A stretch of 56,514 bases of DNA from Candidatus Sumerlaeaceae bacterium (GCA_051003195.1 JBPCLP010000004.1:1-56514), one strand, 5' to 3'; positions 29,103 through 39,794 are shown, numbered from the stretch's first letter. Numbers and translations: made by a program. Notes: a model not told the origin generated them from the letters alone.

Positions 29103-30644
29103 ATGATCCAAGAGGTCACTTATACCCTTAACACGTCATCGTCGTTGTATAATGCCGATCTCGCCCCGGTCCCGGCGCACCGCCGCACGTGGAGAATGTG
29201 GAGCATCGCCGCTTTGTGGGTAGGAATGGCAGTGTGTATCCCAACTTATACATTAGCTGCCGGTATGATAAGCCAGGGAATGAACTGGTGGCAGGCGCTG
29301 CTAACGGTGACGCTGGGCAATCTGATTGTAACTGTCCCCATGATCCTGAACGCGGAGCCCGGCACGCGATATGGCATCCCATTCCCCGTCCTGTTGCGGG
29401 CTTCATTTGGCACACGCGGCGCCAACATCCCGGCAATTATGCGCGCCATCGTGGCCTGCGGCTGGTTCGGGATTCAGACCTGGATCGGTGGTTCGGCCAT
29501 ATACACGCTGCTTTCGGTAATCCTAAAATTCCCCGTGGCCACGGCCGCAGATCACATTACCTTTCTCGGCGCATCAGCCGGGCAGTTCGGCTGCTTCCTG
29601 CTATTCTGGGCGATCAACATGCTGATCGTCATTACTGGCACACACGGCATCAAATGGCTGGAAAACCTGTCCGCACCATTCCTCCTCGCCGTCGGTCTGG
29701 CACTTCTTGCGTGGGGCGTTACCAGAGGCGGCGGATTTGGAAACATCCTTTCCGATGCCACGATCCAGAAATTACGCGGTAAGGAAGCGGCGGACTTCAA
29801 TATCTGGAAAGTCTTCTGGCCGAACCTGACAGCGATGGTCGGCTTCTGGGCAACGCTATCACTCAACATTCCCGACTTCTCGCGCTATGCGAAATCACAA
29901 AAGGATCAGGTATACGGTCAATTGATGGGCCTGCCAACCACCATGGCGCTTTACTCGTTTATTGGCATCGCAGTCACATGCGCCACGGTTGTCGTGTTTG
30001 GCAAAGCGATCTGGGATCCTGTCGAACTCCTAGGCAAATTTGAGCAGCCGCTGCTGATCGGGTTTGCGCTGTTCTCCCTGATGATTGCCACTCTGACAAC
30101 CAACATCGCGGCGAACGTGGTCTCACCGGCGAATGATTTTTCCAACCTTTCGCCGCGCAACATCAGCTTTAAGATGGGCGGTATTATCACCGGAGTTATC
30201 GGCATCCTGATCATGCCGTGGAAGCTTTACTCAGACCTGTCGCAGTACATATTTACCTGGCTGATTGGCTACGGCGTGTTCCTCGGCGCCATCGCCGGCG
30301 TTATGCTGGCCGACTACTACCTCGTACGCAAACGAGTGCTCAATGTGACCGATCTCTTCGAAGAGAACGGCGAGTATTCATTCGGCGGATCCGGCTTTAA
30401 CTGGCGCGCTTTCGTCGCATTGATTGTGGGCGTCGTTCCAGCCGTGCCGGGGTTCGTCCACGCTGCAACCAGCGGCTCGAGGTTCGCCGTTACCGTGAGC
30501 GAACGCTGGCAGACGATTTACACCTACGGATGGTTCGTCAGCCTTGGGATCGCCGTGCTCACATACGTCGTATTATGCACCCTCGCGCCCATGAACGCCA
30601 GCCAGACTGCGACAATTCGCACCCGAACCTCAGAAGATATTTAG
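29103..30644 (+). CDS. NCS1 family nucleobase:cation symporter
   Basis: LYNADLAP, YGIPFPVLLRASFG, ACGWFGIQ, TLSLNIPDFSRY, NIAANVVSPANDF; many TM helices. Confidence 0.95.
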   Translation: MIQEVTYTLNTSSSLYNADLAPVPAHRRTWRMWSIAALWVGMAVCIPTYTLAAGMISQGMNWWQALLTVTLGNLIVTVPMILNAEPGTRYGIPFPVLLRASFGTRGANIPAIMRAIVACGWFGIQTWIGGSAIYTLLSVILKFPVATAADHITFLGASAGQFGCFLLFWAINMLIVITGTHGIKWLENLSAPFLLAVGLALLAWGVTRGGGFGNILSDATIQKLRGKEAADFNIWKVFWPNLTAMVGFWATLSLNIPDFSRYAKSQKDQVYGQLMGLPTTMALYSFIGIAVTCATVVVFGKAIWDPVELLGKFEQPLLIGFALFSLMIATLTTNIAANVVSPANDFSNLSPRNISFKMGGIITGVIGILIMPWKLYSDLSQYIFTWLIGYGVFLGAIAGVMLADYYLVRKRVLNVTDLFEENGEYSFGGSGFNWRAFVALIVGVVPAVPGFVHAATSGSRFAVTVSERWQTIYTYGWFVSLGIAVLTYVVLCTLAPMNASQTATIRTRTSEDI

Positions 30645-30689
30645 CCGCGATGGTACTCTCAAGATACGTCCCTACAAAAGGATTATGAT

Positions 30690-32063
30690 ATGACCCCCAC
30701 CATAGCCACTCCCCCAGCCAGCAAATCCGCGGCACGCATGCCCGACTGCCAGTTTACGCCTCCTAAGTACACCGGCCCCTCTAAGGCGGAAATTCTGGCG
30801 ATGCGCAAACAGTACTGCAACCCCGCCATCTTCACGATTTATGCCGAGCCACTGATGATCGTTGATGGCCACATGCAATGGCTGTTCGATGAAACGGGCC
30901 GGCGCTACCTCGACCTGTTCGCAGGCATCGTAACCGTGTCGTGCGGGCATGCGCATCCGAAAGTCATCAAGGCGCAGCAGGACCAGTTGGCAAAGGTGCA
31001 GCACACGACCACGATCTACCTGCACCCGAACTTCCCGGCGTTTGCAAAGAAGCTGGCGTCGAAAATGCCGAAGGGCCTCGAGGTGACATACTTCACCAAC
31101 AGCGGCAGCGAAGCGAACGACCTCGCGATCCAGATGGCGCGGCTGTACACAAACAATCACGAAGTGATCGCGCTGCGCAACTGCTACCATGGTGGATCGC
31201 CGCAGGCGATGGGGCTGACGTCGCACTATACATGGAAGTATCCACTGCCGCAGGGCTTTGGCGTGCATCACGCGGCGGCGCCCGATCCGTACCGCAGCGA
31301 GTACACCGGCACTCCGGAAGAGATCGCGAGCCAGTCGGCCCGTAATATCGAAGAGGTAATCAAGTTTTCGACCCCGGGCAAAATCGCGGCGTTTATCTGC
31401 GAACCGGTGCAGGGCGTGGGCGGCGCCACCGCCGGCGCACCAAATTACCTGAAGGAAGCCTACGAGATTGCTCGCCGGTACGGCGGACTCTGCATTGCCG
31501 ACGAAGTTCAGACTGGATTCGGTCGCACCGGCGAGCACTTCTGGGGCTTTCAGAACTTTGGTGTAGTGCCCGATGTTGTCACCATGGCAAAGGGCATCGG
31601 CAACGGTTCGCCGCTGGCCGCCGTAACGACGCGGATGGAGATCGCCCAGACGCTGGCGCAGAAAATCCACTTCAACACCTACGGCGGCAACCCTGTCAGC
31701 ATGGCGGCGGGAATTGCGGTGCTGGATGCCATTGAAGAAGACGGTCTGCAGCAGAACTCGAAAGTTGTTGGTGGTCACCTGAAGGCCGGCCTGCAAAAGC
31801 TTCAGCAGCGTCACAAGGTGATCGGCGACGTCCGCGGCATGGGGCTGATGCTCGGCCTCGAGTTCGTGCGCGACCGCGCCACCAAAGAACCCGCGGTGGA
31901 GGAAACCAAGCAGATCATGGAAGGCATGCGCGAGAACGGCATCCTCATCGGCAAAGGCGGCCTGTACGGCAACGTGCTGCGCATCAAACCGCCGATGTGC
32001 ATCACGAAGGACGACGCGGACTTCGCGCTGGATACGCTGGATGCAGTGCTGAGCAAGATGTAG
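30690..32063 (+). CDS. Class-III PLP aminotransferase (AGXT2/PYD4-like), probable beta-alanine aminotransferase
   Basis: YLDLFAGI, NSGSEAND, ADEVQTGFGRTG, TMAKGIGNG; pyrimidine catabolism context. Confidence 0.88.
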   Translation: MTPTIATPPASKSAARMPDCQFTPPKYTGPSKAEILAMRKQYCNPAIFTIYAEPLMIVDGHMQWLFDETGRRYLDLFAGIVTVSCGHAHPKVIKAQQDQLAKVQHTTTIYLHPNFPAFAKKLASKMPKGLEVTYFTNSGSEANDLAIQMARLYTNNHEVIALRNCYHGGSPQAMGLTSHYTWKYPLPQGFGVHHAAAPDPYRSEYTGTPEEIASQSARNIEEVIKFSTPGKIAAFICEPVQGVGGATAGAPNYLKEAYEIARRYGGLCIADEVQTGFGRTGEHFWGFQNFGVVPDVVTMAKGIGNGSPLAAVTTRMEIAQTLAQKIHFNTYGGNPVSMAAGIAVLDAIEEDGLQQNSKVVGGHLKAGLQKLQQRHKVIGDVRGMGLMLGLEFVRDRATKEPAVEETKQIMEGMRENGILIGKGGLYGNVLRIKPPMCITKDDADFALDTLDAVLSKM

Positions 32064-32157
32064 TGATGAGTCCGAGTTCGGCCATAATCATGTTCGGAAC
32101 ACAAGCTGTTCAATTTGGAGAGAGAGTGAGCCCGCAGGGCGCCGCTACGCTTTCCAG

Positions 32158-32176
32158 CCCCGCACGTAGTGCGGGG
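32158..32176. repeat. REP-like palindrome
   Basis: CCCCGCAC-GTA-GTGCGGGG, intergenic, no T-tail. Confidence 0.55.
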
Positions 32177-32255
32177 ATTATCCGGCAAATGTTTGATCGA
32201 GCTGCTTTAGCAGCGGCGCTTTCTCAGTACGTAGAACCCATTTAGGAGAGCAGGC

Positions 32256-33659
32256 ATGATGTACGACAAAATAGTTAAAGGCGGCAAGGTCGTCACCCCC
32301 GGCGGGATTGTGAACGCCGACGTCGGAATCAAGGGCGAGAAAATCGCCGCGGTCGGCGAAGGTCTGGCCGACGTCGCGAAGAAAAACGGCGCGCAGGTCA
32401 TCGACGCAAAGGGGCATTACGTTATCCCCGGTGTGCTTGATGTTCACGTACACCTCGAACTTCCCTTCTGCGGAACAACGTCCTCCGATGACTACCGTAC
32501 CGGTACTCGCGCCGGCGCACGCGGCGGCGTCACCACCGTTATCGACTTCGCAATTCCGTATAAAGGCGACAGCCTGAGCAAGGCCGCCGACGTGTGGCAC
32601 AAGAAGGCCGAAGGCAAGGCCATGATCGATTACACATTCCACATATGCGTCACGCGCTGGGACGACCATAAGAACCAGATCAAAGGAATGGTGGAACGCG
32701 GCTTCCCAACTTTTAAAGAGTTCATGATTTACGCGAAGGAAGGCTGGGCCTCCGACGACCGCGCACTCTTCGGCGCGCTGGAAAAGATGAAGGAAAACAA
32801 CAGCATGCTGCTCCTGCACGCGGAGTCGCCGCAGGTGCTCGATGAACTCATCGAACGTCACCACACGCCCGAACTGATGAAGAAGCACAAGTCGAAGCTT
32901 CACGCAATCACGCGACCGAACTACATCGAGGCGGAAGCCATCGAGCGCGCCATCCACTGGTGCGAGGTGACCGGCGGTTCGCTTTACATCGTGCATATGT
33001 CCACAGGCGAAGGCGCCGACCTCATCCGCCAGGCGCAGGCGCGAAAAGTGAATGTGGTGGCGGAAACCTGCGCGCAGTATCTCGTGCTGGATGACAGCGT
33101 TTTCGACCGCAAGGACGGTCACCTTTACGGCTGCTGCCCACAGGTGAAGAAACCGAAAGACTGTGCGCGCCTTTGGGAGGGCCTGCGCGACGGCGAAGTC
33201 TCCGTCGTGTCCACCGACACGTGCACCTTCACCAGGAAACAGAAAGCCATGTGGGAAGGTGACTGGACGAAAATTCCCATGGGCATGCCCGGCCTTGAAA
33301 CACTGATGCCGGTCACGTACACCCACGGCGTGCTCGATAAGAAAATCACCATGGAAAAGATGGTCGAGAAACTGTCGCTCAATCCGGCCAGGCTAATGGG
33401 TCTCTATCCGCAGAAGGGCGCGATCCAGGTAGGCTCCGACGCCGACATCGCGATCATCCACCCAACAAAGAAGATCACGGTCGACCCGAAGAAGATGGAA
33501 ACCGGCGCCGACTGGAATCCTTACGATGGATGGGACCTCGCGGGCTTCTCGCGCACCACCCTCTCCCGCGGCGACGTCATCGTCGACGATTACAAAGTCG
33601 TCGGCAAAGAAGGACGCGGCCGCTGGCTACCCCGCAAATCCGCAGGACCGCAGGCATGA
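32256..33659 (+). CDS. hydA: Dihydropyrimidinase
   Basis: PGVLDVHVH, GGVTTVIDFA, FKEFM, LHAE, IVHMST, ETCAQYL, GMPGLET, GSDAD. Confidence 0.9.
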   Translation: MMYDKIVKGGKVVTPGGIVNADVGIKGEKIAAVGEGLADVAKKNGAQVIDAKGHYVIPGVLDVHVHLELPFCGTTSSDDYRTGTRAGARGGVTTVIDFAIPYKGDSLSKAADVWHKKAEGKAMIDYTFHICVTRWDDHKNQIKGMVERGFPTFKEFMIYAKEGWASDDRALFGALEKMKENNSMLLLHAESPQVLDELIERHHTPELMKKHKSKLHAITRPNYIEAEAIERAIHWCEVTGGSLYIVHMSTGEGADLIRQAQARKVNVVAETCAQYLVLDDSVFDRKDGHLYGCCPQVKKPKDCARLWEGLRDGEVSVVSTDTCTFTRKQKAMWEGDWTKIPMGMPGLETLMPVTYTHGVLDKKITMEKMVEKLSLNPARLMGLYPQKGAIQVGSDADIAIIHPTKKITVDPKKMETGADWNPYDGWDLAGFSRTTLSRGDVIVDDYKVVGKEGRGRWLPRKSAGPQA

Positions 33660-33693
33660 TCTCTTTAAACTTCAGGTTCGCAGCGCAGATCCC

Positions 33694-33787
33694 GTTCGGA
33701 GTACAGGCTTTAGCCTGGGCCAACAAACTAGTGGAAATGCGCAACGCAGTTGCCAAGTTAGCCCAGGCTAAAGCCTGTACTCCGAAC
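33694..33787. repeat. REPIN-like inverted REP doublet
   Basis: Perfect 27-bp inverted repeat GTTCGGAGTACAGGCTTTAGCCTGGGC / GCCCAGGCTAAAGCCTGTACTCCGAAC with a 40-bp spacer. Confidence 0.85.
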
Positions 33788-33856
33788 CAGCCCTCACGTC
33801 CCATTCAGAAGCTCGGTAATCAGTAACTCGTAAATCGTAATGTAAGAGGTTTCAAA

Positions 33857-35347
33857 ATGAGCACCACTTTAACACCCCCTAAAACCGCACCGGCCGTGCC
33901 AAACGTCATCGGCGGAAAACATGTCGAGAGCACCTCCAAACGCCGCCTCGCCGTCACCAGTCCCACCACTGGCGAAGCCATCGGCGATCTGCCGCTCAGC
34001 TCCGCGTCCGATCTCGATGCGGCCGTTAAGGCAGCTGCAAAAGCGCAGGAGGATTGGGGGCGCAAGTCGGTCAAGGATCGCGTGCAGGTGCTGTTCAAAC
34101 TAAAGGCGCTGTTTGAAGCCGAGACCGACCGCCTCGCTCAAATCGTCAGCCGCGAGAACGGCAAGACGATCGAGGAATCGAAGGCCAGCATCCTGCGCGG
34201 CGTCGAATGCATCGAGTTCGCCTGCAGCCTGCCGCAGCTCATCCCCGGCCAGGTTCTTGAAGTTGGTCGCGGGGTCGAATGCAAACTTACCCGTTTCCCC
34301 CTCGGCGTGGTCGCCGGTATCACCCCATTTAACTTCCCCATGATGGTGCCCCTGTGGATGGCGCCACTCGCAATCGCGACGGGTAACGCATTTGTTCTTA
34401 AACCCTCCGAGCAGACTCCTCTCAGTTCCGTCGAACTCGCAAACCTGTGGGAACGCGCCGGATTACCTCCCGGAATATTCTCGGTGGTTCACGGCGACCG
34501 CGAAATCGTGGAAGCAATTTGCGATCATCCGGACATTAAGGCCATCGCATTCGTAGGGTCGACCAAAGTTGCGCAACTGGTCTATTCGCGCGGCAGCGGG
34601 CAGGGCAAACGCGTGCGTGCGATGGGTGGCGCAAAAAATCACCTCGTCGTTGTTCCCGACGCAGATCCCGAAATGACTGCCAGCAATGTCGTCGCTTCGG
34701 CCACCGGTTGCGCAGGCCAGCGCTGCATGGCTGCAAGCGTACTGCTCGCCGTGGGCGAAGTCGATCACATCATCGACAAGATTCGAGAGAAGATGAGCAC
34801 GATGGTAGCAGGACGCGACTTCGGCGCCGTGATCAGCGAGCAGGCACGTGATCGCATCTCCGGATTCATCGAACGGGCACCGAAAGATGGAGCCACGGTC
34901 ATACTCGATGGCCGCAAAGCGGTCGCGAAAGACGTTCCTGCCGAAGGTTATTATATTGGACCAACGATCATCGACCATGCCGCCCCGGATCACGAAGCGA
35001 CGTGCGACGAAATCTTCGGCCCAACGCTGACAATTGTCCGCTGTAAGAACCTCGACGAAGCGATCGCGTTCGAAAACCAGAACCAGTATGGCAACGCTGC
35101 TGCGATCTATACCACGTCTGGATACGTCGCCCAGTACTTCTCCGACCGCGCAAGCGCCGGAATGATCGGCATCAACATCGGCGTTCCCGTTCCGCGCGAA
35201 CCGTTCCCCTTCGGCGGGTGGAACAGCAGTGCATTCGGCGACGGCGACATCACCGGCATAGGCGCGATCGACTTCTGGACCAGGTCAAAAAAGATCACCA
35301 CCAAATGGTCCGACGAGCACCGCACCAGCGGAAACTGGATGAGCTAG
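33857..35347 (+). CDS. mmsA: CoA-acylating (methyl)malonate-semialdehyde dehydrogenase
   Basis: ITPFNFP, LKPSEQ, FVGST, GGAKNH, AGQRCMA, EIFGP, GINIGVPVP. Confidence 0.92.
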   Translation: MSTTLTPPKTAPAVPNVIGGKHVESTSKRRLAVTSPTTGEAIGDLPLSSASDLDAAVKAAAKAQEDWGRKSVKDRVQVLFKLKALFEAETDRLAQIVSRENGKTIEESKASILRGVECIEFACSLPQLIPGQVLEVGRGVECKLTRFPLGVVAGITPFNFPMMVPLWMAPLAIATGNAFVLKPSEQTPLSSVELANLWERAGLPPGIFSVVHGDREIVEAICDHPDIKAIAFVGSTKVAQLVYSRGSGQGKRVRAMGGAKNHLVVVPDADPEMTASNVVASATGCAGQRCMAASVLLAVGEVDHIIDKIREKMSTMVAGRDFGAVISEQARDRISGFIERAPKDGATVILDGRKAVAKDVPAEGYYIGPTIIDHAAPDHEATCDEIFGPTLTIVRCKNLDEAIAFENQNQYGNAAAIYTTSGYVAQYFSDRASAGMIGINIGVPVPREPFPFGGWNSSAFGDGDITGIGAIDFWTRSKKITTKWSDEHRTSGNWMS

Positions 35348-35484
35348 GCGGGGCAATTCAAAATGCAAAATTCAAAATGCGTAAGGGGCACGGCCCGTCG
35401 CCAGCAGACCAATAACTCATATAGGTCCTATATAACCTATAGGTCATATACGCGCCATCTTCCGGCTACCTGGAAAGCTTAGCA

Positions 35485-36870
35485 ATGAACGCCACACCCA
35501 AGACTCCCCTGCCTGAGGACCAGCTTCAGCAGAACTTCGCGGACCTGCATCCGCTTTACTCGCGCGACGAAGCCGTCGCCGAGGCCACCCGGTGTCAGTT
35601 CTGCTACGATGCTCCATGCATGCGCGCGTGTCCCACGCATATCGACATCGCTCGCTTTATCCGCCAGATCATGCACGACAACCCGCTGGGCTCCGCTAAA
35701 ACCATCTTCACGGAAAATGTCTTCGGCGGATCGTGCGGACGCGCCTGTCCTACTGAGGTACTGTGCGAGGGCGCATGCGTAGACCGCACACTGTTAAAAG
35801 AGCCGGTACGCATTGGACGCCTTCAACGCTACGCCACAGACTACGCGCAGGATCGCAGCGTTCAGTTTTTCAATGCGAGTGCATCCACTGGCCGCAAAGT
35901 AGCCATTGTTGGGTCGGGGCCAGCCGGTATGTCTTGCGCGCACGAATTGCGCCGTGCCGGACACGATGTCACCGTCTTCGAAGCGCGCGACATCGGCGGC
36001 GGACTGAACACGTTGGGAATTGCTGCTTACAAGATTTCCACCGCGGACGCACTGAAGGAATTCGATCATGTAATGGGGATCGGCGGAATCGACCTGCGCC
36101 TGAACTCTTCTGTCGACGGCTCGAAACTCGCAGCGCTGCTAGCCGAGTACGATGCCATATTTCTCGGCATTGGGCTCGGGCAGACCTCCCGCCTCGACCT
36201 GCCTGGCGAAGACGCAGACGGCGTATGGGAGGCCCTTGACTTCGTTTTCCAGACGCACCGCGGCCCGTACTCAAATTGCAAGGTCGGTCAAAACGTTATC
36301 GTCATTGGAGCCGGCAACACGGCCGTCGATTGCGCGACCGAAGCCGTGCGTCTCGGCGCGCAAAGTGTCACGATGGTCTATCGTCGCACCGCGGCGGAGA
36401 TGTCGGCCTATGCGTACGAGTACGAACTCGCCAAGGCGGACGGTATTCAGTTCGAGTGGAACGCTCAACCGGTCGAGTTCGTTATAAATAACGGGCGTCT
36501 CACCGGAATGAAATTTCTGCGCGTTGCCTGCCAGCCCGGCACCCGCACTTCAGCGGTCGAAGCCATACCGGGAAGCGAGTTCATTCTGCCATGCGATATG
36601 GCCGTCAAAGCGCTCGGGCAAATCCCGCTCGCAGACTTCATCCGCAGCATTCCGGGTCTGCGTTTCGAACGCGGACGCCTGCTGGTCGATCGCGAGACCG
36701 GCTACACCGGCGTGCCCGGACTCTACGCCGGCGGCGATTGCATCAGCAAAGGCGCAGAGATCGTCAACGCTGTGCAGGAAGGCAAAATTGCCGCGCATGC
36801 AATCAATACGGCTTTAGGCCAAAAGACACACAGAGTTGCTGAAAACGAACTAAACTCAGTCCAGGTTTGA
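35485..36870 (+). CDS. preT: NAD-dependent dihydropyrimidine dehydrogenase subunit PreT
   Basis: CQFCYDAPCMRACP, CGRACPTEVLCEGAC, GSGPAG, GAGNTAVD, AGGD; paired with preA. Confidence 0.88.
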   Translation: MNATPKTPLPEDQLQQNFADLHPLYSRDEAVAEATRCQFCYDAPCMRACPTHIDIARFIRQIMHDNPLGSAKTIFTENVFGGSCGRACPTEVLCEGACVDRTLLKEPVRIGRLQRYATDYAQDRSVQFFNASASTGRKVAIVGSGPAGMSCAHELRRAGHDVTVFEARDIGGGLNTLGIAAYKISTADALKEFDHVMGIGGIDLRLNSSVDGSKLAALLAEYDAIFLGIGLGQTSRLDLPGEDADGVWEALDFVFQTHRGPYSNCKVGQNVIVIGAGNTAVDCATEAVRLGAQSVTMVYRRTAAEMSAYAYEYELAKADGIQFEWNAQPVEFVINNGRLTGMKFLRVACQPGTRTSAVEAIPGSEFILPCDMAVKALGQIPLADFIRSIPGLRFERGRLLVDRETGYTGVPGLYAGGDCISKGAEIVNAVQEGKIAAHAINTALGQKTHRVAENELNSVQV

Positions 36871-36896
36871 TATCAGTCTACCACGGAGGTGATGAT

Positions 36897-37136
36897 ATGA
36901 ACGAACATCCCCTGATCAGCATCGATCCAAGAGTTATGGTAGGCAAACCATGTATCAAAGGAACACGGTTACCTGTTTATCACGTGCTACGGTACCTTGG
37001 CGGAGGCATGACGCCTGAACAGTATGTTGCGGAGTTTCCAAGTGCTACAATTGAGGGAGTTCACGCGGCTCTGGCGTACGCGGGCGACCTACTCGAGGAT
37101 TATCGTATCGTCGCAAGTGAACAGTTGGCTGGATGA
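36897..37136 (+). CDS. DUF433 putative antitoxin
   Basis: ISIDPRVMVGKPCIKGTRLPV...AALAYA; GGAGG RBS. Confidence 0.9.
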   Translation: MNEHPLISIDPRVMVGKPCIKGTRLPVYHVLRYLGGGMTPEQYVAEFPSATIEGVHAALAYAGDLLEDYRIVASEQLAG

Positions 37137-37522
37137 GGTTTCTCGTGGATGAATGTACACGAAAAGCCGTTCTGGACAGCTTGGAAGCAGCAGGCTATAA
37201 ACTGCAACCGTGGCAGTCGGTATTCCAGGCTGGTACGGTCGACGAACAGGTACTTGCCAGCGCTACGAGTAATGATTGGATCCTGCTCACCGAAGACAAG
37301 GGCTTCGGCGATCTCGTCTTTAATCGCCGCATTCCTGCAGCAGGGGTCATACTACTTCGCTCGGCTGTCACTAGCGAAGAAGTCGATGCACTGTCGACCA
37401 CGCTAATCGAAGCCTTACAGTCAGACTCGGAACTTTTCTACCACCATTTCACGGTAGTCGAACCAGGCCGACTTCGCAGACGTCCGTTGCCTGGAACATT
37501 TGGAAAACGTATTAAGGAATAG
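37133..37522 (+). CDS. DUF5615 PIN-like putative toxin
   Basis: MRFLVDEC, DEQVL, LLTEDKGFG; ATGA overlap with DUF433. Confidence 0.85.
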   Translation: MRFLVDECTRKAVLDSLEAAGYKLQPWQSVFQAGTVDEQVLASATSNDWILLTEDKGFGDLVFNRRIPAAGVILLRSAVTSEEVDALSTTLIEALQSDSELFYHHFTVVEPGRLRRRPLPGTFGKRIKE

Positions 37523-37526
37523 TCAA

Positions 37527-38921
37527 ATGAACCGCCGCATGCCCGACCTCTCCGCCAACATCGCGGGAATTAAATCCCCCAATCCGTTCTGGCTCGCCAG
37601 CGCGCCACCGACAAATTCCGGTTACCAGGTTCGCCGCGCATTCGAAGCGGGATGGGGCGGCGCCGTGTGGAAGACCCTGAACCACGAACCGATCGTCAAT
37701 GTATCCTCACGCTACGGAGCGATAGACTACGACGGGCGCAAAGTCCTTGGACTGAACAACATCGAGCTCATCACCGACCGCACCCTCGAAGTGAACCTCG
37801 CCGAGATTCGCGAGGTCAAACGCGACTTCCCCAACCACGCCGTCGTCGTCTCACTGATGGTCGAATCCAACCGCGAAGCTTGGCACGACATCGTCAAACG
37901 CTGTGAGGACACCGGCTGCGACGGTTTTGAGCTGAACTTCGGTTGCCCGCACGGCATGAGCGAACGCGGCATGGGCTCCGCAGTTGGCCAGGTTCCCGAA
38001 TACACCGAGATGGTAACGAGGTGGGCCAAGGAAGCGTCGTCACTTCCAGTCCTCGTCAAGCTCACACCCAACGTCACCGACGTGCGCATGCCGGGACGCG
38101 CCGCCAGGCGCGCTGGCGCGGACGGCATCTCGCTCATCAACACCATCAACTCCATCATGGGCGTCGACCTCAACACACTCGCACCGAAGCCGCAGGTAAA
38201 CGGCCGCGGCTCACACGGCGGCTACTGCGGCCCCGCCGTAAAGCCAATCGCACTGAACATGGTGCAGCAGATCGCTACCGATAAAGAAATCCAGTTACCG
38301 GTCAGCGGCATCGGCGGAATTCAGACATGGCAGGACGCCGTTGAGTTCATGTTGCTCGGCGCAAGCACGGTTCAGGTTTGCACCGCCGTCATGCATTACG
38401 GGTTTCGCATTGTCGAGCACCTGACCTCGGGGCTGGAAAACTGGATGCTGGAAAAAGGCTTCTCGACCCTCGCGGAATTCCAGGGCCTCACCGCACCCAC
38501 CGTCGGCGACTGGGCCGATCTCGACCTCGGCTACAAAGTCGTCGCGCAGATCGACCAGTCCAAGTGCATCCACTGCGGACTCTGTTACATCGCCTGCGAA
38601 GACGGCGCGCACCAGTCCATTCGCATGAGCACAATGAGCGAGGACGAATACGTTTCGCTAAATGGCGCCGCACCGAAGGAAATCATGGACAGCGGCGGGC
38701 GCCGCGTCGTCTCGGGCGCTGGCGATGGCCGCGTGAACATCTTCGAGATCAAGCAGGACATGTGCGTCGGCTGCAACATGTGCTCACTCGTCTGCCCCGT
38801 CACCGGCTGCATCACCATGGTCGAACGCGAAAGCGATATCCCGCACATCACCTGGCGCCAGTACCAGGACAAACTCGCCAAAGGCGAAATGGAGCGCATC
38901 CAGCCGCCGGTGCATGTCTAA
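37527..38921 (+). CDS. preA: Dihydropyrimidine dehydrogenase subunit PreA
   Basis: NPFWLASAPPT, NNIELI, NFGCPHGMSERGMG, VKLTPN; two C-terminal 4Fe-4S motifs. Confidence 0.95.
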   Translation: MNRRMPDLSANIAGIKSPNPFWLASAPPTNSGYQVRRAFEAGWGGAVWKTLNHEPIVNVSSRYGAIDYDGRKVLGLNNIELITDRTLEVNLAEIREVKRDFPNHAVVVSLMVESNREAWHDIVKRCEDTGCDGFELNFGCPHGMSERGMGSAVGQVPEYTEMVTRWAKEASSLPVLVKLTPNVTDVRMPGRAARRAGADGISLINTINSIMGVDLNTLAPKPQVNGRGSHGGYCGPAVKPIALNMVQQIATDKEIQLPVSGIGGIQTWQDAVEFMLLGASTVQVCTAVMHYGFRIVEHLTSGLENWMLEKGFSTLAEFQGLTAPTVGDWADLDLGYKVVAQIDQSKCIHCGLCYIACEDGAHQSIRMSTMSEDEYVSLNGAAPKEIMDSGGRRVVSGAGDGRVNIFEIKQDMCVGCNMCSLVCPVTGCITMVERESDIPHITWRQYQDKLAKGEMERIQPPVHV

Positions 38922-39082
38922 ATAACCGGAATCGTGGTCGTGATTGTGATCGAATTTCTGTGGGGCAGACACTAATGTCTATCTGCGACTGGTGACTGTG
39001 ATCGAGTTAAAATCATAAGGGACTGCCAACTTACTTTGCAATTCTCTCGCCTACTTCGAGCTTCGTTATCTATGGTACCGGG

Positions 39083-39272
39083 GTGAAGACTCGGGACTTG
39101 ATCAAGCTGCTGAGAAAAGACGGCTGGTCACTTCAACGCACACGTGGCAGCCATCGACAATATGGCCATCCGACCTAAGCCGGGGATGGTGACAGTCTCC
39201 AGCAAACCGAACGACGATGTACCGCTCGGGACGTTAAATAACATCTTGAAGCAAGCAGGGCTTAAGCGGTAA
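39083..39272 (+). pseudogene. hicA: HicA toxin, frameshifted by one extra base
   Basis: MKTRDLIKLLRKDGW...RGSHRQYGHPT then TAA at 39176; continues in +1 frame KPGMVTV...DVPLGTLNNILKQAGLKR*; span 190 nt. Confidence 0.85.
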
Positions 39273-39282
39273 CTAGATACAA

Positions 39283-39504
39283 ATGCGTCAGTACCTTGTA
39301 ATTTATGAAAAGGCAGATTCCAATTGGGCTGCATATTCGCCCGACGTGCCTGGTTGTATGGCCACCGCGAAGACCCGCAAAGGTGTTGAGCGTCGATTTC
39401 GTGAAGCACTCCAGTTTCATTTGGAAGGATTGAGAGAAGCTGGTCTGCCGATCCCGAAGCCAACGGCCACCTATGGTTTTTCAGAAGTTCCTGCACTCCG
39501 GTAG
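39283..39504 (+). CDS. hicB: HicB family antitoxin (short)
   Basis: YLVIYEK...AYSPDVPGCMAT...EALQFHLEGLREAGLPIPKP. Confidence 0.9.
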   Translation: MRQYLVIYEKADSNWAAYSPDVPGCMATAKTRKGVERRFREALQFHLEGLREAGLPIPKPTATYGFSEVPALR

Positions 39505-39530
39505 TTAGCTCCTTGGGGAAAGATTGCTCA

Positions 39531-39794
39531 ATGCGCTATGCAGTCGTCATCGAAAAAGCGGGAAAGAACTATTCCGCTTATGTTCCTGATTTGCCGGGCT
39601 GTGTTACCGCTGCCGATACCATCGAGGAGACTGAACGGGAAATCCGCTCCGCTATCAAGATGCATCTTCAGGGATTACGTGAAGACGGCCTTCCGATTCC
39701 TCAACCCAGTAGTCGGGTTGAATACGTCAACGTTGCAGCCGTCGGCCGCAACATTTGGTCGCTGCTCGCCAGGTCACCGGCTGCATCACGATGA
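39531..39794 (+). CDS. hicB: Second HicB family antitoxin (reads through into a degenerate third copy)
   Basis: MRYAVVIEK...SAYVPDLPGC...AIKMHLQGLREDGLPIPQP. Confidence 0.85.
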   Translation: MRYAVVIEKAGKNYSAYVPDLPGCVTAADTIEETEREIRSAIKMHLQGLREDGLPIPQPSSRVEYVNVAAVGRNIWSLLARSPAASR

